DNA of 64,000 bases from Novosphingobium sp. (lineage in GTDB: Bacteria > Pseudomonadota > Alphaproteobacteria > Sphingomonadales > Sphingomonadaceae), in the NCBI GenBank assembly GCA_017987575.1, contig JAGNTK010000001.1, positions 46,160 to 110,159 of the forward strand. Direction: 5' to 3'. Of the stretch, positions 9,629-20,613 are shown in pieces; the stretch's first letter is position 1; each line of letters opens with the position of its first letter. The notes under the pieces were generated by a model. It saw only the letters and a list, made by a program, of their open reading frames with translations, ran no database searches and was not told where the DNA came from. A program made the position numbers and the translations under genes.

Positions 9629-10536
9629 TGCGGCAAAAGCGCGTCAAACTCGGCAACGGGATCGAACTCGATGTGGTCGACGAAGGGCCGCGCGATGGCC
9701 CGGTGCTGATCTTCCTCCACGGCTTTCCCGATAGCCACCGCACCTGGCGGCACCAGATCGCACACCTGTCTGCCCGCTTTCGCTGCATCGCCCCCGATCA
9801 GCGCGGCTATCGCGGATCGTCAAAGCCCAAGGGGGTAGAGAACTACACGCCCGACAAGCTGATTGGCGATATCTTCCTGCTCGCCGCCGCGCTGGACGTC
9901 GATCATTTCACCGTAGTCGGCCACGATTGGGGCGGCGCGATTGCCTGGGGCGTGGCCTTGATGGGTCAGGGAACCGGCCGGGTTACCCGCGCGGTGATCG
10001 CCAATGCCCCGCACCCGGCGATCTTCCCCAAGCTGCTCTACACCAACCCGCAGCAGCGCCAGGCCAGCCAGTATTTTAGAGCGTTCCGCGATCCCGCCAA
10101 TGATGCGCTGGTCGAACAGTTCGGCCTTGGCGGCCTGCTGCTCAAGGCCTTTGGTGAGACGCCCGAAAACCCGAAAATGGAGCCGGAAGAGCGCGCCGCG
10201 CTGCTGGCTGATTGGGAGAACCGTGAGGCGGCGATCGCCATGCTCAACTGGTACCGCGCCAGTCCGATGGAAGTGCTCGATCTGGATGCGCCGTACGAAT
10301 TGCCCGCCGGGTGGCAGCCGATCGCACTGCCGAAGCTGACGATCCCGACGCTCGTGATCTGGGCACTCGACGATATCGCATTGCCGCCCGCCAATCTTGA
10401 TGGGCTGGAGGACTACGTCACCGATCTGACCATCGAGCGCGTTCCCGGCAGCGGGCATTTCGTTCAGTGGGAAGCGCCGGAGCAGGTCAACGCCTCGCTC
10501 GATGCGTTCTTCACCAAGACTGCCGATGCCGCCTGA
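9625..10536 (+). CDS. Alpha/beta hydrolase (epoxide-hydrolase-like)
   Basis: HGFP, GHDWGG (Asp nucleophile), GHFVQWE. Confidence 0.9.
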   Translation: MMRQKRVKLGNGIELDVVDEGPRDGPVLIFLHGFPDSHRTWRHQIAHLSARFRCIAPDQRGYRGSSKPKGVENYTPDKLIGDIFLLAAALDVDHFTVVGHDWGGAIAWGVALMGQGTGRVTRAVIANAPHPAIFPKLLYTNPQQRQASQYFRAFRDPANDALVEQFGLGGLLLKAFGETPENPKMEPEERAALLADWENREAAIAMLNWYRASPMEVLDLDAPYELPAGWQPIALPKLTIPTLVIWALDDIALPPANLDGLEDYVTDLTIERVPGSGHFVQWEAPEQVNASLDAFFTKTADAA

Positions 10537-11864
10537 GCCGCGGCGCGGCGGAATCGGTGCGGCGCTGGCCGCAGCAGAGGCGCGGCAGCGCCGCTCGATG
10601 CTACGCAACCATGGTGGCGGCCAAGCGCCGGTCAGCATGATCGAGCTGTTTTTTGATCTGGTTTTCGTCTTCGCTGTCACTCAGCTTTCGCATTACTTGC
10701 TGGATGGATTGACCTGGTTGGGCGCGCTTGAAACGGTGATCCTGTTCAGCGCGGTGTGGTGGGCCTGGATGTGGACCACTTGGGCAACCAATTGGCTGGA
10801 GCCGGACCGCGCCCCAGTGCGACTCATGATTGGCGCGTTGATGCTCGCCAGTCTGGTCATGGCGAGCGCGATTCCTAGTGCTTTTGGGACAAGCGGGCTG
10901 CTGTTTGCCCTATCCTACAGCGCGATGCAGATTGGCCGCTGTCTGTTCACATCCTGGGCGATGGAGCGCGATTCTGCGGGTGCAGGTCGCAATATGCTGC
11001 GTGCGGCCTGCTGGTTCGCAGCTTCGGTGCCATTCTGGCTGGCCGGAGCGCTAAGCGATACTGCCGATGTGCGGATCGCCTGCTGGTTGATCGCCCTGAC
11101 CATCGAATATGCCGCGCCGCTGACCTTTCTGTGGGTGCCGGGCCTTGGCAAATCGGCCGTTTCCGAATGGAATATTTCCGGATCGCACATGGCAGAACGC
11201 TGCGGCCTGTTCATCATCATTGCGCTTGGCGAAGGGCTGATCCTGATCGGCTCCACTTATGCCGGGGCCGAGCCGCAGCCGGGGCTCAATCTGGCGCTGG
11301 TCAACGCCTTTGCCGGGTCGTTCGCAATGTGGTGGCTCTATTTCGACATGGGCGCGCGGCGCGGCGCGCGTCATATCGAAAACCATGAACTGCCCGGCCT
11401 GATCGCGCGGCAGCGCCTTTACCTATTGGCACATCCCGATCGTAGCCGGGATCGTCGTGCTGGCGGTTGGAGACGAGTTGGTGATGGCCCATCCGATGGA
11501 GCCGGCCCATCCTGAATTCGTAGCGGTTGTGATGGTTGGAACCTTGCTGTTTCTGCGCGGGCTTGGTGGATTCAAGCGGATTTCCAGCGGCAATCCATGG
11601 TTCCCCGCCTCGCACGGTTACGGCATGGTGATCGCGGTTGGAATTGGCCTATGGGGCTGGCTTGGCCACCCGCCTTCGCTTGTGCTGTTTTCGGCAACCA
11701 CCTTGCTGTTCGCCGGTGTCGCAGTGTGGGAGTGGGTCAGCTTCCACGGTGGCTGGCTCGAACGGATGGAAGCGCGCGGCTGGTGGCTGGGCAAAGTAGT
11801 TCGCCGCCGGTTGGAATATAATCAGGCCCGGCGGAGGGCCAAAGAGGCGGCAAAGCAGCATTAA
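10526..11864 (+). pseudogene. ltrA: Low temperature requirement protein A (LtrA) family membrane protein, frameshifted
   Basis: ELFFDLVFVFAVTQLSH and HMAERCGLFIIIALGE; one extra base at about 11411-11414 splits it into ORFs 10502-11515 and 11457-11864. Confidence 0.8.
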
Positions 11865-12958
11865 ATCGTCCGCTCACTCCCGCCCCAGCCGATCCACGCG
11901 CCATGCGGGTGAGCGCGCGTGACGACCTCTCCGCCCTCCCCGCCCGGCCAGTAGCGCACCACCATCTCATGAATATGCAACACCCGGTTGGCCTCTAGCG
12001 CAACCCACGCCAGCGGCCGTTCAGCCGTCGCGCGCGCGCCGGCCGCTTCCATCGCCGCAGTCACCCGCGCTTTCTGGTCGTCCGGAACATACTGCCAGAC
12101 GATCGAATGCATCAGCATCCGGGTGGTCCCGGCAGCTTGCTGCTTCGCCAGTTCAGCTTCGACGAAATCGGCGGCGTTCATCTCCACCAGATCGGGCGGT
12201 GATTTCAACGCTTCGGCGATTGCCGCATCCATCCGCTCAAACCGCACCGTATGCTCCGGCCAGATATAGGCCTTGAGCCGCAGCGCCTGTTCGGGGTCGG
12301 TCAGATCAACTGGTGCGACGTCGCAGCCCTTGGTCGAAACAATTTCAACCACGCGATCCGGCGGAGCATCGCCCTGCCATTCGGGCGCAAACCGCATTGC
12401 CCCCGGTTCTGGCCCAACCTGAACCCCTCCCAGATCGTAATGATACCGATCCAGCATCAGGTTGATGCCGGCGCTCGATCCGATTTCGAGGCATTGAAAG
12501 CGCGGCGGCAAACCCTGATCGGCCAGCCACAACATTGCCGCGATGAAATTGGACGACCGCCCCGCCTCATTGGTCTGCGGCGGTCCATCAAGCCAGGGGA
12601 GCAATTCCCTCTCGTGCCGGGCAATGGCAGTAGCGACTATTGCGGCATCATCTATGCCCGCTTGATTGGCATAGATCGAATTGAGCATGGGCTCGGCGCC
12701 TTTGAGGTGCAAAGCGTGAATTCCGCCTGCCAGCCGCAGCGGCAGGGCATCTGCCAGCGGAGCGCCGGGCCAATTGCGCAGCCGGTCGAACAGCATTCCG
12801 CCCTCACCTCGCTCAAGCAAATCGCGCACTGCGCCGACAATTCGCGCGGTCACAGTGGCACCAGAGGCGGTGCAATAGGCCACCTGATTGTCAAACGCGG
12901 CCACCACGATCCCCGGCCCGCTGGCGTCGATATCGATGAATTGATAGTCCTTGGCCAT
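11861..12958 (-). CDS. DUF2332-family protein
   Basis: [39 protein letters not shown]; start moved to ATG 12958. Confidence 0.8.
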   Translation of the reverse strand: MAKDYQFIDIDASGPGIVVAAFDNQVAYCTASGATVTARIVGAVRDLLERGEGGMLFDRLRNWPGAPLADALPLRLAGGIHALHLKGAEPMLNSIYANQAGIDDAAIVATAIARHERELLPWLDGPPQTNEAGRSSNFIAAMLWLADQGLPPRFQCLEIGSSAGINLMLDRYHYDLGGVQVGPEPGAMRFAPEWQGDAPPDRVVEIVSTKGCDVAPVDLTDPEQALRLKAYIWPEHTVRFERMDAAIAEALKSPPDLVEMNAADFVEAELAKQQAAGTTRMLMHSIVWQYVPDDQKARVTAAMEAAGARATAERPLAWVALEANRVLHIHEMVVRYWPGGEGGEVVTRAHPHGAWIGWGGSERTI

Positions 12959-13007
12959 TACCGCCGCTCCTTGCCCTTTTTGCCGCACCGCCTTAAGGGC
13001 CGCGGCT

Positions 13008-13664
13008 ATGTCCAGCCCGCTTACTTTCGCCGTGCCCAAGGGCCGCATCCTTGATGAGGCGCTGCCGCTGATGGCGCGTGCCGGGGTGGTGCCCGAAGCA
13101 GGCTTTCACGACAAGTCCAACCGCGCGCTGTCATTCGCCTGTGAAGACAGCACCATGCGGCTGATCCGGGTCCGCGCCTTTGATGTCGCGACTTTCGTGG
13201 CTCACGGCGCCGCACAGTGCGGGATTGTCGGTTCGGACGTGGTTGAGGAATTCGCCTACCCCGATCTCTACGCGCCCGTAGATCTCGATATCGGTCATTG
13301 CCGCCTGTCCGTTGCCGAACCCGAAGCACAGGTCGGCGATACCAGCCATGTGAGCCACCTTCGGGTTGCCAGCAAATATCCCAATCTGACCCGCCGCCAC
13401 TTTGAACGGCAAGGCATTCAGGCCGAAGTGGTCAAACTGAACGGCGCGATGGAGCTTGCCCCCGGGCTTGGCCTTGCCAGCCGGATCGTCGATCTGGTCT
13501 CCACCGGGCGGACGCTGAAGGATAACGGCCTGATCGAAACGAGCCGGATCCTCGACATTTCCGCACGGCTGATCGTCAACCGCGCTGCGCTCAAGACCGA
13601 TGAGCGGGTCGCAGCGCTGGTCGAACGGTTCCGTGCGCTGGTAACCCAAGTAAAGGCCGCCTGA
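13008..13664 (+). CDS. hisG: ATP phosphoribosyltransferase, short form (needs HisZ)
   Basis: [39 protein letters not shown]; no C-terminal regulatory domain. Confidence 0.95.
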   Translation: MSSPLTFAVPKGRILDEALPLMARAGVVPEAGFHDKSNRALSFACEDSTMRLIRVRAFDVATFVAHGAAQCGIVGSDVVEEFAYPDLYAPVDLDIGHCRLSVAEPEAQVGDTSHVSHLRVASKYPNLTRRHFERQGIQAEVVKLNGAMELAPGLGLASRIVDLVSTGRTLKDNGLIETSRILDISARLIVNRAALKTDERVAALVERFRALVTQVKAA

Positions 13665-14956
13665 TGCTGCGTCTCAACTCCCGCGATCCCGGCTTTGAAA
13701 AGGCATTCAAGCGGCTGGTCACTGACCGGCGCGAAAGTGGCGAAGATGTCGCTCGCGATGTCCAGGTAATCCTCAGCGATGTGAAGAACCGCGGCGATGC
13801 GGCGCTGACCGAAATGACTGCAAGGTGGGATGGCTATGCCCTCTCAACCGATGCCGACTGGTCCTATGGCGCCGAGGAATGCCGCGAGGCGTTTGATGCG
13901 CTTAAACCTGACCTGCGCGCCGCATTGGAACTCGCGGCCCAGCGTATCCGGGCTTTTCACGAAAAGCAGCTGCCCAAGAACCGCGACGAAACCGACGATC
14001 TGGGCGTACGGATGGGGGCCAAGTGGCGCGCGGTTGATGCCGCAGGGCTCTATGTGCCGGGTGGCCGTGCTGCCTACCCTTCCTCACTACTGATGAACGC
14101 GATTCCCGCGAAAGTTGCCGGGGTTGAGCGGCTGGTGGTCGTCACCCCAACGCCCAAAGGCGTGGTCAATCCACTGGTCCTGGCTGCCGCACATCTGGCC
14201 GGGGTGAATGAAGTTTGGCGGGTCGGCGGCGCGCAGGCGGTTGCAGCGCTTGCCTATGGCACGGCGCGGATCAGCCCGGTCGACGTTATCACAGGCCCCG
14301 GCAATGCCTGGGTCGCCGAAGCCAAGCGGCAGTTGTTTGGCGTGGTCGGGATCGACATGGTCGCTGGTCCCAGCGAGATTTTGTTGATTGCCGATGGCCA
14401 GAACGATCCCGAATGGGCAGCGGCAGACTTGCTCAGCCAGGCTGAACATGGCCCGGATTCGCAATCCATCCTGATCACCGATGATCCGCTGTTCGCTGAC
14501 ATGGTCGCCGATCGGATCGGGGTTGAGCTGGCGATGCTTCCGACCGCCCGGGTCGCGGCAGAAAGCTGGAACACCCACGGCGTGATCATTGAAGTTGGCA
14601 GTATGGATGAGGCCCCTGCCCTCGCCAATGCCTTGGCCGCCGAACACGTCCAGATCGCGACAGAAAATCCCGAAAAGCTGTTCAAGCAGATCCGCCATGC
14701 CGGATCGGTGTTCCTTGGCCGGATGACGCCAGAGGCCGTCGGTGACTATGTTGCCGGACCCAACCACGTGCTGCCGACCGGGCGCCGCGCGCGGTTCTCC
14801 TCCGGTCTGTCGGTGCTCGATTTCATGAAACGGACCAGCTTCATTCAACTGGACGAGGCTGCGCTGAAGGCAATTGGCCCCGCCGCAATCGAACTGGCCG
14901 ACGCTGAAGGGCTGACCGCCCATGCCCGCTCTATCGAAGTAAGGCTTGGAATATGA
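13664..14956 (+). CDS. hisD: Histidinol dehydrogenase
   Basis: GLYVPGG, GPGNAWV, DMVAGPSE, LSQAEH, GPNHVLPT. Confidence 0.96.
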   Translation: MLRLNSRDPGFEKAFKRLVTDRRESGEDVARDVQVILSDVKNRGDAALTEMTARWDGYALSTDADWSYGAEECREAFDALKPDLRAALELAAQRIRAFHEKQLPKNRDETDDLGVRMGAKWRAVDAAGLYVPGGRAAYPSSLLMNAIPAKVAGVERLVVVTPTPKGVVNPLVLAAAHLAGVNEVWRVGGAQAVAALAYGTARISPVDVITGPGNAWVAEAKRQLFGVVGIDMVAGPSEILLIADGQNDPEWAAADLLSQAEHGPDSQSILITDDPLFADMVADRIGVELAMLPTARVAAESWNTHGVIIEVGSMDEAPALANALAAEHVQIATENPEKLFKQIRHAGSVFLGRMTPEAVGDYVAGPNHVLPTGRRARFSSGLSVLDFMKRTSFIQLDEAALKAIGPAAIELADAEGLTAHARSIEVRLGI

Positions 14957-15399
14957 CCGCCCGCTCCAAATCCCGCTCTGCCGCGCGGCTCGCCGCCGTC
15001 CAGGCGCTCTATCAGCTTGAGATGGAGGGCACAGCGCTTGCGATGCTGCTCGACGAGTTCCACCAGCACCGGCTTGGCGCCGAGATCGAAGGCGATCAGT
15101 ATGCCGAGGCTGAAGTGGCGTTCTTTGACGATATCGTCAAAGGTGCCTCGGCCCGCCGCGACGAGATCGACACACTGCTGTCGAGCAAACTGGCTGACGG
15201 CTGGAAGCTGGAACGGCTCGACAAGACTATGCTGCAGGTTCTGCGCGCCGGCGCATGGGAATTGATGGCCCGCGAAGACGTTCCCACCCCCACCGTGATC
15301 ACCGAATACGTCGACGTTGCCCACGCTTTCTTCGAAAGCCGAGAGGCGAAGTTCGTGAATGGCGTGCTCGATTCGGTGGCGAAGGTGGTGCGCACCTGA
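14953..15399 (+). CDS. nusB: Transcription antitermination factor NusB
   Basis: RSAARLAAVQALYQ ... VITEYVDVA ... KFVNGVLD. Confidence 0.95.
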   Translation: MTARSKSRSAARLAAVQALYQLEMEGTALAMLLDEFHQHRLGAEIEGDQYAEAEVAFFDDIVKGASARRDEIDTLLSSKLADGWKLERLDKTMLQVLRAGAWELMAREDVPTPTVITEYVDVAHAFFESREAKFVNGVLDSVAKVVRT

Positions 15400-16265
15400 C
15401 CACCGAACTCGCCTTCATCGCCGCCTTGCGCGGCTTGGCCACGCACCCAGCAGCGCGCGGGCTGAATGATGACTGTGCGGTACTGGAATTTGGCGGTGAA
15501 GCGCTGGTCCTAACCCATGATAGCATGGTCGAGGGGATCCACTTCCTGTCCGGCCAGTCGGGCGAGGATCTGGCCTGGAAGCTAGTCGCCAGCAATATGT
15601 CCGACCTTGCCGCCAAAGGCGCGCAGCCGCTGGGTGTGCTGCTTTCTTACCAGCTCGGCGACGACGATCCGGCCTTTCTGCGTGGATTTCAGGCGGCTTT
15701 GCAGCACTATGGCAATGCCGCAGTGCTCGGCGGCGATACCGTCAGCGCGAATGGTCCGCGCAGTCTGGGGCTGACCGTGATTGGCCGCGCCACGCACCAG
15801 CCGGTGCCCGCGCGCAGCGGCGCACGAGCGGGCGAGGCACTTTGGATCACTGGGCCGGTCGGTGCCGCCATGCTGGGGTTTGAGGCGCTCAAATCCGGTA
15901 GCGGCGATTCCAGCTTTTACAGGCGCGGTCAGGCGCTGTTGGCAGAGGGGCAGTCCCTTGCCCCGCTGGTCAGCGCGATGATGGATGTTTCAGACGGGCT
16001 GCTGCTCGATGCGCGGCGGCTGGCTGACGCTTCTGGTGTAACTCTGGCGATTGATAGCGCGGCAATCCCGATCTCCACAGTTGAGTCCCGCCGCGACGAA
16101 GCCTTGCGCTGGGGCGACGATTACGAGCTGCTGTTTACGCTGCCAGCAGGTGTCCCGCCGCTCTGCCCCGCGCACCGGATCGGCACGGTCATGGGTCGGC
16201 AAAGCGAGCCGCTGCTGCTCGATGGCCAGCCGCCAATCGGAAAGCTGGGCTACGAGCACAGCTGA
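15396..16265 (+). CDS. thiL: Thiamine-monophosphate kinase (probable CTG start)
   Basis: [38 protein letters not shown]; CTGA overlap with the nusB stop. Confidence 0.92.
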   Translation: MTTELAFIAALRGLATHPAARGLNDDCAVLEFGGEALVLTHDSMVEGIHFLSGQSGEDLAWKLVASNMSDLAAKGAQPLGVLLSYQLGDDDPAFLRGFQAALQHYGNAAVLGGDTVSANGPRSLGLTVIGRATHQPVPARSGARAGEALWITGPVGAAMLGFEALKSGSGDSSFYRRGQALLAEGQSLAPLVSAMMDVSDGLLLDARRLADASGVTLAIDSAAIPISTVESRRDEALRWGDDYELLFTLPAGVPPLCPAHRIGTVMGRQSEPLLLDGQPPIGKLGYEHS

Positions 16266-16383
16266 AACCGCCGGAAAAGCTGCTTTCCGGCGTTGCATTG
16301 CGCCGAATCCTGCCTATAGAAACGCCCGTTCGCCCTGCATGCGGGGCAATCGCTTTGGACAACCAAAAGAGGGGGAGCGTCCG

Positions 16384-18480
16384 GTGAATCTCGTAACAAT
16401 CTCGATATTACTGGGACTATTGGCCGTGGTTTACGGCATCGTCACCAGCCGCCAGGTGCTCAGCGCACCGGCCGGCAATGAAAAGATGCAGGAAATCGCT
16501 GCGGCCATCCAGGAAGGCGCACAGGCCTATCTGGGCCGGCAATACCGCACCATCGCCATGGTTGGCGCTGTGGTGGCCGTGCTGGTCGGTTACTTCCTCG
16601 GTCCAGTTTCGGCGGCCGGGTTCCTGCTCGGTGCCATCCTGTCGGGCGCGACCGGGTTCATCGGGATGAATATCTCGGTTCGCTCGAACGTCCGCACTGC
16701 AGCGGCCGCACAGGTCGGCCTGCAAGAGGGTCTGACTCTGGCATTCCGCGCTGGCGCAATCACTGGCATGCTGGTGGCAGGCCTCGCGCTCCTCGCGATT
16801 GCGGGCTTCTTCTGGTACCTGACTGGCCCTGCAGGCCATACGGTTGGCGGCGATGACCGGACCGTGATTGACGGCCTTGTTGCCCTTGCTTTCGGTGCTT
16901 CGCTGATCTCGATCTTCGCCCGTCTCGGCGGCGGGATCTTCACCAAGGCGGCTGACGTCGGTGCTGACCTCGTCGGCAAGGTCGAAGCCGGTATCCCTGA
17001 AGACGATCCACGCAACCCTGCGGTGATCGCCGACAACGTTGGTGACAACGTCGGTGACTGCGCCGGGATGGCGGCCGATCTATTCGAAACCTATGTTGTG
17101 ACCATCGGTGCAACCATGGTGCTGACCGCGCTGCTGCTGAAGGGCGCAGACAACCTGATGGCACTGATGAGCCTGCCGCTGCTGATCGGCGGCGTCTGCA
17201 TCATCACCTCGATCATCGGCACCTACTTCGTCCGCCTGGGCGGCGGCAAGAACATCATGGGTGCCATGTACAAGGGCTTCCTCGTCACCGCTGTCCTGTC
17301 GATCCCCGCGATCTGGTGGGCGATCAGCTATGCGCTGGGCGACATGGAAACCGCAATTGCCGGACAGGCCTACAATGGCCGCACGCTGTTCTATTGCGGA
17401 CTGCTGGGTCTGGTCATCACTGGTCTGATCATCTGGATCACCGAGTATTACACCGGCACCAACTACCGCCCGGTTCGCTCGATCGCCAAGGCTTCGGAAA
17501 CTGGCCACGGCACCAACGTGATCCAGGGTCTGGCGATTTCACTTGAATCGACCGCTCTGCCGACCCTGGTCATCGTGGCCGGGATCATCATCGCGCACCA
17601 GCTGGCGGGTCTGATCGGGATTGCCTATGCCGCCACCGCGATGCTCGCGCTGGCCGGGATGGTCGTCGCGCTCGACGCTTACGGTCCTGTCACTGACAAT
17701 GCCGGCGGTATCGCTGAAATGGCCGGGCTCGACGATTCGGTTCGCGAAAAGACCGACGCGCTCGACGCCGTGGGCAACACCACCAAGGCTGTGACCAAGG
17801 GCTATGCCATCGGTTCGGCCGGTCTTGCCGCGCTGGTGCTGTTCGCCGCCTATACCAACGACCTGAAAGAGTTCTTCCCTGAACTCAACGTCGATTTCAG
17901 CCTCGAAAACCCATACGTCATCGTCGGGCTGCTGCTCGGCGCGCTGCTCCCGTACCTGTTCGGTGCGATGGGCATGACGGCAGTGGGCCGCGCGGCTGGC
18001 GAAGTGGTCAAGGACGTTCGCGACCAGTTCAAGAACAACCCTGGCATCATGACCTACGAATCGAAGCCAGACTATGCTCGCACCGTCGATCTGGTCACCA
18101 AGGCAGCGATCAAGGAAATGATCATTCCTTCGCTGCTGCCGGTGGCGGCTCCGATTGTGGTCTACTTCGTGATCGCAATGGTTGCTGGTCAGGCCAATGG
18201 CTTTGCCGCACTCGGCGCGCTCCTTCTGGGCGTGATCGTCGGCGGTCTGTTCGTTGCCATCTCGATGACCTCGGGCGGCGGCGCATGGGACAATGCCAAG
18301 AAGTACATCGAAGACGGCAACCACGGCGGCAAGGGCTCTGAAGCCCACAAGGCTGCGGTGACCGGTGATACCGTGGGCGATCCCTACAAGGATACCGCGG
18401 GTCCGGCCGTCAACCCGATGATCAAGATCACCAACATCGTGGCGCTGCTCCTGCTCGCCGCGCTGGCCGCCGGTCACTAA
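16384..18480 (+). CDS. hppA: Membrane ion-translocating pyrophosphatase, K+-independent type
   Basis: [20 protein letters not shown]; GNTTKA carries the Lys diagnostic of K+-independent H+-PPases; GTG start behind GAGGGGG. Confidence 0.95.
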   Translation: MNLVTISILLGLLAVVYGIVTSRQVLSAPAGNEKMQEIAAAIQEGAQAYLGRQYRTIAMVGAVVAVLVGYFLGPVSAAGFLLGAILSGATGFIGMNISVRSNVRTAAAAQVGLQEGLTLAFRAGAITGMLVAGLALLAIAGFFWYLTGPAGHTVGGDDRTVIDGLVALAFGASLISIFARLGGGIFTKAADVGADLVGKVEAGIPEDDPRNPAVIADNVGDNVGDCAGMAADLFETYVVTIGATMVLTALLLKGADNLMALMSLPLLIGGVCIITSIIGTYFVRLGGGKNIMGAMYKGFLVTAVLSIPAIWWAISYALGDMETAIAGQAYNGRTLFYCGLLGLVITGLIIWITEYYTGTNYRPVRSIAKASETGHGTNVIQGLAISLESTALPTLVIVAGIIIAHQLAGLIGIAYAATAMLALAGMVVALDAYGPVTDNAGGIAEMAGLDDSVREKTDALDAVGNTTKAVTKGYAIGSAGLAALVLFAAYTNDLKEFFPELNVDFSLENPYVIVGLLLGALLPYLFGAMGMTAVGRAAGEVVKDVRDQFKNNPGIMTYESKPDYARTVDLVTKAAIKEMIIPSLLPVAAPIVVYFVIAMVAGQANGFAALGALLLGVIVGGLFVAISMTSGGGAWDNAKKYIEDGNHGGKGSEAHKAAVTGDTVGDPYKDTAGPAVNPMIKITNIVALLLLAALAAGH

Positions 18481-18506
18481 GACCCGCGCGCCTTTGTAGT
18501 GCTATG

Positions 18507-18540
18507 AAGCCCCGCCCGGAGCGATCCGGGCGGGGTTTTC
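18507..18540 (+). terminator. Intrinsic terminator after hppA
   Basis: GCCCCGCCCGGA-GCGA-TCCGGGCGGGGT followed by TTT. Confidence 0.8.
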
Positions 18541-18668
18541 ATTGGGGCAGTACCCTGCGCAATTGCCTTCACTCCAGACGCGACATCCCCACGTTAGCCA
18601 TTCTTTGGCACTTCGCCGCTAAAGCCTTGCCTAGCGGCGATTTCCGCCCGAACGACAAGGGGTTTTGC

Positions 18669-19841
18669 GTGGCGTCTGCAGCCGAACCAGCAGTGCTGCT
18701 GGATATCGCACAGGGCGAAGCTCTGCGCAGCGGCGCGCCAGCTGTTGAGACACGCGCCATCGCATGGACTGTGATGGACGCACCTGAAGCCCGCATCGCC
18801 TGGGATGCGCTGGCGCAATGCGCGGCAGAACCCAATCCGTTCCACGAAAGCTGGTATCTGCTGCCAGCCTTGCGTGCGCTTGATCCGCAAGGCAGCGTCA
18901 AACTGCTGCGGATCGAGATCGACGGAGAGCTCGCCGGGTTGATCCCGCTGCGACACGAGAACAAGTATTACAAGTGGCCGATCCCGCAGCTCTGCAGTTG
19001 GATCCACGGCAACTGCTTTCTGGGTGCGCCACTGGTCGCCGCCGGGCTTGAGCTGCCGTTCTGGCGGGCGTTTCTGGATTGGGCAGACCGCCACGCTGGC
19101 AAAAGCCTGTTCTTGCACCTTGGCGTTATGCCGCTTGACGGCCCGATCTACCGCGCACTTCAGGTCGTTCTGAGCGATCAGGGCCGCCTCGCTGGTCTGG
19201 TTCACCGGGAAGAGCGGGCCATGCTGGCCTCGTCGCTCGCACCCTCCACCTATTTCGAGGAAAGCCTGTCCGGCAAGAAGCGCAAGGAACTGCGCCGTCA
19301 AGCCACCCGGCTGGCCGAGCTGGGCGAAGTCAGGTTCGAGCGCCGCCGCGACGATCACCGTTTGGCGCGCTGGACCGAGGATTTTCTCACGCTCGAGCAT
19401 TCTGGCTGGAAGGGCACAGCTGGCTCCGCCCTCGCCTCGCATCAAGCGACAACCAGGATGTTCAAAGAGGCGCTGTCTGGCGCAGCGGCACAGGGAAAAT
19501 TGGAGCGGCTGACCCTGACTCTAAACAACGAGCCAATCGCGATGCTGGTCAATTTCCTCACCCCGCCCGGCGCCTATTCTTACAAGACTGCGTTTGACGA
19601 ACGCTATGCCCGCTATTCGCCAGGCGTGCTGGTGCAGCGGGAAAACCTTGACCTGCTCGAACACGCCGAAGTTCGTTGGTGCGATAGCTGCGCCAGCGCG
19701 GATCATCCCATGATCGACCACATCTGGCGCGAACGCCGCCCGGTCGGACGTCTCTCAATCGCGATCGGCGGAAGGTTGCGGCGCGGGATCTTTGCGCAGT
19801 TACTCAAAGCCGAATTGGGCCGAAACCCGGCCGGGATCTAG
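18669..19841 (+). CDS. GNAT-family (CelD/BcsL-like) acetyltransferase
   Basis: AEPNPFHESW, KKRKELRRQ..RL, LEHSGWKG, YKTAFDERYARYSPGVL; start position uncertain. Confidence 0.8.
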   Translation: MASAAEPAVLLDIAQGEALRSGAPAVETRAIAWTVMDAPEARIAWDALAQCAAEPNPFHESWYLLPALRALDPQGSVKLLRIEIDGELAGLIPLRHENKYYKWPIPQLCSWIHGNCFLGAPLVAAGLELPFWRAFLDWADRHAGKSLFLHLGVMPLDGPIYRALQVVLSDQGRLAGLVHREERAMLASSLAPSTYFEESLSGKKRKELRRQATRLAELGEVRFERRRDDHRLARWTEDFLTLEHSGWKGTAGSALASHQATTRMFKEALSGAAAQGKLERLTLTLNNEPIAMLVNFLTPPGAYSYKTAFDERYARYSPGVLVQRENLDLLEHAEVRWCDSCASADHPMIDHIWRERRPVGRLSIAIGGRLRRGIFAQLLKAELGRNPAGI

Positions 19842-19856
19842 CGCAATCTGGCGGCC

Positions 19857-20519
19857 TCAGCCGCCAGTTCGCACCACAGCAAAGCCGCCGCCACGCCGCG
19901 AGCTGTCACCAGATTGGGTCAGTCCGCCTCTGGCCGCGGCAGCCGAGGCTGATGCGATCTTGGGCACAGCAGTCGGCTTTTCAAAGGCGCGGGCGGCGGC
20001 CAGATACTTCCCGGGTCCGCCGTTGAAGCCCAACCTGACGCCATTGGCGGTCTGCAGCGGACCATCGCGGTTCTTGCGAAACAGCGGCATAACTTCACGC
20101 TGGCTGCCCTGCAGCATTTTGCCGAGCAGGAACCCGCCGACAAACGGCATGAAGAAGCTTTGTCCTTCGGCCTTTTGAGGTACGCAGTTGCCTTGCCCCC
20201 ATTCGGCTTCGCAATCATAAGATGCGGCGAAACGAGGGGCGGTTTTCGCTGCGTCGGCAACGGCCTGTTCACGCGCTGCGGAGCATTCCTGCTGGGTCAT
20301 CCCGGAATTGGCCGCACATTCGAACACGTTCTCGTATGCCTGTACTTCCAGTTTGGGGCCCGCTTCGTCGGCTTGAGCTGATGGCGCCGCAGGTTCACTG
20401 CCGCAGCCAGCCAGCAGCGCCGCGCCGCCAATAACCCCGCCGAGGCGCGATGCCATCACAGTCAGACCAACCTGACTGGAACGCTTCGGTCGGCTCTTCA
20501 AATGCTCAGTTCTCAGCAT
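19857..20519 (-). CDS. DUF1190 (YgiB/YjfM-like) lipoprotein
   Basis: KRSS..V.L N-terminus, lipobox LLAGC, AKTAPRF....CEAEWG..NC, FMPFVGGFLLG, C-terminal RGG..SG. Confidence 0.8.
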   Translation of the reverse strand: MLRTEHLKSRPKRSSQVGLTVMASRLGGVIGGAALLAGCGSEPAAPSAQADEAGPKLEVQAYENVFECAANSGMTQQECSAAREQAVADAAKTAPRFAASYDCEAEWGQGNCVPQKAEGQSFFMPFVGGFLLGKMLQGSQREVMPLFRKNRDGPLQTANGVRLGFNGGPGKYLAAARAFEKPTAVPKIASASAAAARGGLTQSGDSSRRGGGFAVVRTGG

Positions 20520-20613
20520 CGACTTTCCCTGTGCGCATATTTTCTAGCTGGCTTTACCCTATGCCAGCCTCGTTAGTATATGGTTAGCGAAATCATTTGG
20601 ATAGCCGCGCACG

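Noticed and set aside
16051-16383. N-terminal extensions in the ORF track for hppA (also hisG, thiL, rplC, rpsL, rpsE, rpsQ, the lipase and the GSTs)
   Set aside because: They overlap neighbouring genes or promoters; family N-termini and SD sites support the shorter starts.
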